A DNA stretch of 32,000 nt from Leptolyngbya sp. O-77 (lineage in GTDB: Bacteria; Cyanobacteriota; Cyanobacteriia; Elainellales; Elainellaceae), in contig NZ_AP017367.1 of assembly GCF_001548395.1 (NCBI RefSeq), positions 4,859,775 to 4,891,774 on the forward strand. The letters are read 5' to 3'. Of the stretch, positions 25,713 through 32,000 are shown in pieces (the first letter of the stretch is position 1; every line of letters begins with the position of its first letter). The notes under the pieces are model-generated. The model did not search any database. It was not told the origin of the DNA and was given only the letters and a program-made list of their open reading frames with translations. Position numbers and translations under genes: made by a program.

Positions 25713-25944
25713 TCAGTCTGCGCTCCGCCAATAGCGCACCAAAATGCGAATGACTTCACCCTGCACCGGCGAGGGCAGCGGCGGCGACCACTCACCCGCT
25801 TCGGCAAAGCGGCGGACATGAAGCTGATGAACGATATGATTCACTCCTGGACACGCCGCAGAGCAAGATGCGGACGGGCTGCTGATCGGGCGCAATCGGA
25901 ACGGGCACCCGCAGTAAATCGGGTACGGACTTTGGGGTTATCAT
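25713..25944 (-). pseudogene. Frameshifted paralogue of the 12496-12732 small protein
   Basis: Frame A reads MITPKSVPDLLRVPVPIAPDQQPVRILLCGVS. Frame B reads GVNHIVHQLHVRRFAEAGEWSPPLP...VRYWRS. Skipping one base near 25855 gives a 77-aa protein collinear with the paralogue. Confidence 0.55.
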
Positions 25945-26059
25945 GGTGTCACCTGTAATAAGGTACAGCGATCGCACTTCTAGCCTCGAAAACTTGAGTG
26001 CGATCGCTTTTTGATTAACGACCATTAAAGGATGCAATTGCAGACTTGTCAATACAGGA

Positions 26060-26272
26060 ATGGGGCTAATTCGGCTGCGGATTAAGGAGTTTGCCGAGGA
26101 GCGAGGCTGGACTCTCAAAGAAGTAGCCGATCGCTCTGACGTAAATTACAAAACGATTGTGAGCTATGTTCGGCGAGATCGCATGGCAATGATCGACTAT
26201 ACTGCCGTTCTCAAAATTGCCCGCGCTTTTGAAATTCCGATCGAAGATTTAGTGGAAGTATTGGAAGAATAG
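26060..26272 (+). CDS. XRE-like helix-turn-helix transcriptional regulator (70 aa)
   Basis: WTLKEVADRSDVNYKTIVSYVRRDR is an HTH_3-like segment. It is divergent from the small-protein pseudogene. Confidence 0.7.
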   Translation: MGLIRLRIKEFAEERGWTLKEVADRSDVNYKTIVSYVRRDRMAMIDYTAVLKIARAFEIPIEDLVEVLEE

Positions 26273-26340
26273 GGCGATCGCAACTAAACCCTATGTCCTG
26301 ACTTAAATCACTGAAGAGTCCATTCTAGGACGGAGAAAAA

Positions 26341-26553
26341 CTAACCTTTCCAGTTTTGTTTAGCTCTAGAAAAAATCTCGTCTAATTGCTGTTCTTCATA
26401 GATCTGACGAGAAATTTTTACATAGTCAGTCGAGTTTTGATTGATCAATGCTAAAAAGCGCAGAGTAGCCGCCATGCCGAGTTCCTGTTTGAGGGTGGCA
26501 AGAGCTTTGACTCGAAGTTGAGAGTCATTCAGAGTTGGCGTGGAATCTGTCAT
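26341..26553 (-). CDS. Small hypothetical protein (70 aa), translationally coupled to the upstream PIN-like gene
   Basis: ATGA start/stop overlap with the PIN-like gene at 26550-26553. Helical and charged, so antitoxin-like. Confidence 0.55.
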   Translation of the reverse strand: MTDSTPTLNDSQLRVKALATLKQELGMAATLRFLALINQNSTDYVKISRQIYEEQQLDEIFSRAKQNWKG

Positions 26554-26991
26554 AGGGTTTTTCTCCGAATATAATCAACTGGGTTCATGACTTCACAGGT
26601 TAAGGTAAGCTTCTTGGCTTGACGCATTAGGGCATCATCACAGGTGAGGAAAAAGTTTGCCTGAGCATGACTAGCACACGCCACATGCAAAATGTCCTTT
26701 GCCGAAAACTTGCCCTTATGGATGAGTTCTTGAGCAAGAATATAGATAGCGTCTTCTGGGGCAATTCTAATTTGGCAAGGCTGGAAAGTTCAGGGCAAAC
26801 TCTTGTCGTTCTGGAAAAGGGCAGAGTAACGTTTCGTCTTCATGCATGAATGACCAGATCAACTGAACTGTTTTAGCTTCTGCCTGATTGAAGATTTCCT
26901 GGCAGGCTAATGCTTCAATTTGAATGCGAATCTGGTTGGGGTCATCAAATCTTTGCTGAAAGCAGTTGTAGTCCAGGTAAATCAAGTCCAT
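26550..26991 (-). pseudogene. PIN-like nuclease domain gene with a frameshift near 26770
   Basis: The N-terminal part is MDLIYLDYNCF...WSFMHEDE...CPFPER. The C-terminal part, in another frame, is RIAPEDAIYILAQELIHKGKFSAKDILHVACASHAQANFFLTCDDALMRQAKK. The conserved acidic positions fit PIN. Confidence 0.55.
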
Positions 26992-27412
26992 CAGCCTGAT
27001 CCTCCCTGGCTCTCCATCTTCTGCAACCGCTCCTGTGCCCATTCTCGTAGTTGTTCATCGGGGTCATTGAGGGCGCGATCGCGCAGCAGCGCCGGAACTT
27101 TAGGATTGTTAGGATAATAAGTGGAGAGAGCCTGTAAAGCTAGTTGACGTGGGCTATCTACAGCACAACCTACTAAACTTCCCGCCGCATCCATAGAGTA
27201 AAAATTGTTTTCTACTGCAACTTCGCTCAGTGATGCAATTAAGCTTGGATGATCTTTCCAATTATCCACTAGTCCGAGTATCGCAGCCAAACACATTTCT
27301 TGTAGGACTGCCTCTTTTGCTGTATTCACAAGCCAATGATAAACCATTGTATCGCCTCGTCCTACATCAGCAATAAGGCGGACTATCTTAATACATTCCT
27401 TAACAAGGAATA

Positions 27413-28647
27413 CTTACATCTTGCACCAGTACAGATGAACGGCTTTTCGGCGGGTGCAATCAATGAGAGAAAAGGGCGTGAAGTCACAAACAACAAGAAC
27501 AGTGGAAACCATTCTTGGCACGCCCAAGCGTTAGTCTACACCCTGCTCAGCCTGATGCCGAGTGCCTACCAAAGAGACAGCCTGCAAGCGATGCTGGGGT
27601 TGTTCCTAGAAGCTCAAGGGCAACCCTCGCCGCAACACAGTTTGATTAAGTCGGGTAGTGCGTTGAGCCGATTTCTCAACGAGTATGCCTGGCCCACCCG
27701 CCAAGTCGTGCGCGTGGTGCGACGGCAGATCGTGCAGCAACTGTTGCAGTCTGCTCCAAAGGTCGCCGTCCCTGGTTGCAGGTGGTGGTGGATCTGACGA
27801 CGTTGGAGAAATGCGGCAAGTTCAAAGCGTTTGCATCGCTGATTCGTGTGCTGCAAGGCAAGCGAGGATTGCATCTGGTGGTGCTGTATCTGGTGGTTGG
27901 AGAGTGTCGAGTGCCCTGGAGTTTTCGGTCTGGCGTGGCAAACATCAGCGGACTGCGGTGCAGTTGGCGATTCGCTTAATAGGTAGCTTGCCCCCTGCGT
28001 TAACGAGCGCCTTCCGGGTGGTCATTCTGGCAGACACCGCCTTTGGCAGCGTGGCCTTCCTCAAAGCGATGCGAAAGCGCCGTTACTCGGTAATTGTCGG
28101 GGTGCGGTGTGACCGCAAACTGGCTGATGGTCGCTGTGTGAGCAAACTGGTGAAAAAAGGGCAACAGGTGGCTTAGAGGGACTGAACTTCCCGGTGACGA
28201 TTTCTTGGCTTTACCTCAAACGCGACGGCCAGTTGGAGAAACGCTTTGTCCTCTCGACTCGTCCCCTCAAAGGCAGCACCATCACTTGGTGGGGGCGCGT
28301 AGACGATGGAGCATTGAGGGATTTTTCAAAACCATCAAACATCGCTTTGGGTTGCATCGCTTTGCTCAGCAGACGCTCAAGGGCGTATATCGCTGGTTGA
28401 TGTTGTGTTTCCTCAGCTTTGTGCTGGTTCATTGGGTTACCGCGCAACTCACGCCAAAGCGACCCCTGATTGGAAAGTCGCTGCAACTGCTGCATTAGAC
28501 GCCTTGTTCCCGGAAGTCGCAGCTTGTTTAGCGCTGCTTCAAGTTGAGCGAGCGCGATCCCTGCTCGATTCACTCGGTATTGCGGTGCACTTTGTCCACC
28601 TCGCTGAGCTAAAAACGTAGGCTAAATGTACTGGTGCAAGATGTAAG
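27413..28647 (+). mobile_element. Degenerate IS4/IS701-like insertion sequence (1235 bp) with 21-bp perfect terminal inverted repeats and a 4-bp AATA target duplication
   Basis: The left end cttacatcttgcaccagtaca is the exact reverse complement of the right end tgtactggtgcaagatgtaag. AATA occurs at 27409-27412 and 28648-28651. The DDE-like pieces (VVVDLTTLEK, VVILADTAFGS, RWSIEGFFKTIK) lie in different frames. Confidence 0.8.
27435..28620 (+). pseudogene. DDE transposase remnant, at least 4 frame breaks or stops
   Basis: ORFs 27336-27797, 27776-27979, 27685-28176, 28205-28498 and 28405-28620 together tile one transposase. Confidence 0.7.
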
Positions 28648-31077
28648 AATATCAATTCAGGTTCACTAAGACCCAAAAGGCTCATCGCCAACAGAGATGA
28701 AAGAAATATTTCAAGCTTACTGATTAATAGCAGCGCGATGTGTCTAATTTCTTGATAACTGTCAACCTCTTGGAGAAATGTAGAAGTTAGACAAATATCA
28801 CCTCCTACGGATTTAAGAATGTGGTTATATAAAGTCAAAAGTCATCATCTTTATTCTTTAAATTATTGAATTCTACTTCATCTCCTAAAGATATATCCAT
28901 CAAAAATTCAACTAATTGACCTACAAATTTAGGAGAAATCATTCCACAAATCAATCTCAAAACTTCATGCCAGGTTTCATCTTGCCAGTGTTGCCCAAAT
29001 ACCTCATCTCGCAGTTGTTCAAAAGTGAGGGTATATTGTTTCTCAAAGCGATGAACAATTTCGACAGCACAGAAATATTCTAAAAAAGTACGATGTACAA
29101 AACCGTAGGTATCGGAACCGTAGTGGCAAATTGCAGAATCTCGTCTGTAAAGCTGATCAATCAGGAGCTTTGCAATACTTGGCGCATTTAGTGCTTCCAA
29201 AGTCAGTTTTTCAAAGTAGAGCTTTAAACAATTCTCCAAGTCCTCTCTTGAAATCAAATTTCCATTTAATCCGCTGCTACTTGCTTGCATGAAATAGGCA
29301 ACTTGCCGAAGCATCGCTTGCTTATCTCGATAATCAATTTCAACTGGATACTTCTCCCCAGCGAGGATCTTTTAGATCATGCTTTGCTTCATAATCCCCA
29401 CTTGTGCAACAGAAGTTTAGAAGCCCTCGTTGTAAGGTCAATCTTTATTTTGAGGTAAACCTTCTTCTTTCTCTTTATTCAGAGTTACCATCATTGTTAG
29501 CAACAGTGGATTGTCTGCTAAGTTGGCGATAGCTTTTGATTGGCGATCGCATCCTTCAATCGCTGTTTCAGTCGCGCTTTATCGGGGATCGCTGCTCATC
29601 GAGAGGTCATACCAGCGATCGATAAATTTGTGGATTTCGTTAGTATCAAGTGATTGAATGGTGAAGTGTCGGAACCCCGCTGTGCTGGAGGCGCTCGGGG
29701 ATTGTAACCAAATGATGCGAGACGTGACCAAAACCTGGGCTTTGGGATATTGCTGCGAAAAGCGAATGATGTCGTCGATGACGGTCGATTGAGTGGCGCG
29801 ATCGAATACCTCGTCCAGACCCGTCGAACATCACTAATGTGGGGAAATTCTAGCAAGTGCTGATGAAGCTGTTGCTGATCAAACTGCCAATCTACACCTC
29901 GACCGCGATGGAGAAATTCGAGAGAAAGTTTGCAGATGGATTGACAGCAAATTCTCTTAACTCAATTAGTAACGGAAGTTTCTCGTTTTTGCCCTCAACC
30001 CATTCCAGTGCCAGATATTGCAACAGACTTGACTTACCCGATCCCGGATCACCTAAAATCACCGCCCGCTGAGAGTCTGCTACTGCTTCTAGAATCTTTC
30101 GCGCAGGTTGCTGAAAGTATTCATGACGATAATGCTCCAGGGCTTTAGGCGATAAATTGGCTTCAAGTTGTCCTGCGGCTTGCAGTTGTCGTTTCAAATC
30201 CAAAGGTAGGTCATAGCGCGTTGGGGGCAAGGCTTCTCGTACCGTTTGCTCAATGAACATTGCCCAGAGCTTGATGGCATCAGCGCGATCGGTGCTGTCG
30301 AGGGTGTATAGCTTCAGAGAGCCATAGCTAGACTGCAAACTGTGACGATATTTTTCAACATCAAATCCAGGTGAAAGTTGTGCGGTATTACGAGCAATGT
30401 CTCCGAGTAGGTCAGAGTTCAAAATTTCCCGCAATTCTGCATTCGCCTTGATAATCCCTTTAACTTCATAGATATATTCTTTGCAGACACCGCGCCAATC
30501 AAATTCTTCTGTAGGAAATTGCCATCCGGAGACTTGATGCTGCTCTGTCCAAATTTTCTCTAGCTGTGCGTAGTCAATTTGTTTGCAATCCTTATCAAAG
30601 GCTTTTCCCAAAAGTGGGCGCACCGCCTCATCCTGCACAAACTTTTTGATCGCTGCGTGATAGTGATGCTGAATGCTAGTTTCGGGAACGTCGTTAATCT
30701 GAAGCTCTTTAATAAAGCGCTTAATAAAGTAGCCAACTGCTTCTGCCATTAGCGTTTTCAGTGCTGCGGCATTGAGGCGGCTGATTCCGCTACTCAGGCA
30801 ATCCTTAAAAAAATCTTGAACATATCCCTCTAGAACAGGCTTACTCAAATCGAGAACCTGTTCTAGCACTAGCTTTCCTAGCTCTATTCCTGTTGTAGCT
30901 GCCAACCAATCCAGCATACGGGGATTTCAGGGGTGACTAAGTAATACCTCTAATATTGCACTCATATTTGAGGAGGAACCAGAGATTACGAACTCAAACT
31001 ACAGCAGGCAATCTTGCATCACACCCTGAGCGCACTGAATAGGTTTTGTGTCTAAAATCGGCCATTCAAACCACCCA

Positions 31078-32000
31078 TTAGAACCGATAGTCTACGGAAA
31101 AGTAGAACCCGCGATCCTGGGCGTTTTCGCCTGCGCCATCAAACTCGGTGATGGGAATGGCGAAGTCGAGTCGTAGATTGAGCCGGGGCAGTGCTTCCCA
31201 CAGCAGCCCCACACCCGCCCCGATGAGAAACGGGCTGTCGTCGTCTTCGCCATTTAGCCAGACGGCTCCCGCATCCACAAACGGCGCAACCTGAAACACC
31301 GACTCGCCCGCCTCATTGCGTCCCAGCGTAATGCGGTCTTCGATCGAGACGCGAAAGCCGCTGTCGCCCAGCAGCGCATTTTGCCGATAGCCCCGCAGCG
31401 ACTGCCCGCCGCCGATCGCCAACTGCTGGGAAGACGGGAGGCGATCGCCCGACACCTGCACATCCGCCTGCAAAATCAGCAAGTTTCCCGGCTGCAAAAT
31501 CTGCACCCGCTGTACTCGCCCCAGCCAGTAGACAAACAAACTGTCGCGATCGCCCCCCACATCTGCATCCAGCAGCCCCACGCCCACATTCAGCGTCGAT
31601 TGCAGCGCCCAGGCCCCCGACGCATCCCGCCGCACAAAATCCTGCCCAAAGGCAATCAGGCTGGTAGATTCACTCTTCAGCAAAAAATCCTCAAAAAAGC
31701 GATTGTCACTAAAAAACGAGCTGCCATCCCGGTGCAGCAGACTCAGCGACAGGGCAAATTCTTCGCGGGGCGTTTTGAACAAGGGCTGGCGAAAGCTGAG
31801 TTCATATTCATCGGCGCTGCCGCTGAGGTCAAGGTCTACAAATTCCGGGTCAGTAATGCGATATTCGCTGGGGGCGTAGCGGACCTGCACGGTGCCATCC
31901 ATCGGGTTGAGCGACAGGCGATAGGCAAAGTCGAAGCTGCTCGACCCGCCCGTAGTGCTGCGATAGTACGTTCCCGAAAGCTCGTCGCCCCAGCCCGTCA
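31078..32000 (-). CDS. ShlB/FhaC/HecB-type (TpsB) outer-membrane transporter, N-terminus outside the window
   Basis: Beta-barrel with the C-terminal ...FYFSVDYRF and the QSLRGY motif. The frame stays open to base 32000. Confidence 0.8.
   Translation of the reverse strand, partial: TGWGDELSGTYYRSTTGGSSSFDFAYRLSLNPMDGTVQVRYAPSEYRITDPEFVDLDLSGSADEYELSFRQPLFKTPREEFALSLSLLHRDGSSFFSDNRFFEDFLLKSESTSLIAFGQDFVRRDASGAWALQSTLNVGVGLLDADVGGDRDSLFVYWLGRVQRVQILQPGNLLILQADVQVSGDRLPSSQQLAIGGGQSLRGYRQNALLGDSGFRVSIEDRITLGRNEAGESVFQVAPFVDAGAVWLNGEDDDSPFLIGAGVGLLWEALPRLNLRLDFAIPITEFDGAGENAQDRGFYFSVDYRF

Larger units (their letters stand above)
26991..30917 (-). pseudogene. NACHT-family STAND NTPase with a C-terminal HEAT/helical-repeat region, disrupted by an IS and several frameshifts
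   Basis: Walker A GDPGSGKSS (ORF 29892-30917). Walker B LVMFDGLDEV and TSR motifs appear only in shifted frames (29600-29860). YGFVHRTFLEYFCA lies in ORF 28835-29314. A HEAT-like tail is at 26991-27347. Confidence 0.75.

Noticed and set aside
1-32000. tRNA, rRNA and tmRNA genes
   Set aside because: I looked for T-arm-like GGTTCGAATCC / GGATTCGAACC signatures and rRNA-like conserved blocks on both strands and saw none. A tRNAscan/Infernal run would be definitive.

Overview
The window looks cyanobacterial. The HIP1 octamer GCGATCGC is very frequent, heptamer-based STRR-like intergenic repeats are common, XisH/XisI and three Uma2/DUF820 paralogues are present, and GC content is high. I infer a Leptolyngbya-like filamentous lineage.

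Gene content, left to right:
- a 5'-truncated 4Fe-4S membrane protein
- a four-gene ABC-2/GldG-like/DUF4340 cluster
- yidD and a Uma2 gene
- a three-gene locus at 7275-11624: an unknown 161-aa protein, a small helical protein, and an NB-ARC/TPR STAND NTPase
- xisI/xisH
- a small-protein/HTH divergent pair
- a Uma2 gene
- hxlR divergent from CDGSH and pirin genes
- a Uma2 gene and recQ
- a 35-bp hairpin tandem array
- SPFH, two crcB genes and a Kef-like antiporter with USP domains
- a PAS histidine kinase
- a low-GC island at about 26.3-31.0 kb holding a decayed NACHT to PIN-like to small-protein operon, split by a degenerate IS
- a 5'-truncated (window-edge) TpsB/ShlB-type outer-membrane transporter

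The most interesting signal is at 7830-11624. The small helical protein ends with a 29-aa motif with core GGTAYIGD. The NB-ARC/TPR gene starts 13 nt downstream and carries the same motif at its N-terminus. This is the architecture of NLR-associated amyloid or prion-like signalling (Bell-like effector plus BASS-like motif plus NLR). The sensor part is 14 near-identical 126-bp TPR units whose differences fall in a few codons.

Several genes carry apparent frameshifts, some of them at short homopolymer runs. Assembly indel error must be excluded before calling them pseudogenes. I recognised no tRNA, rRNA or CRISPR array.
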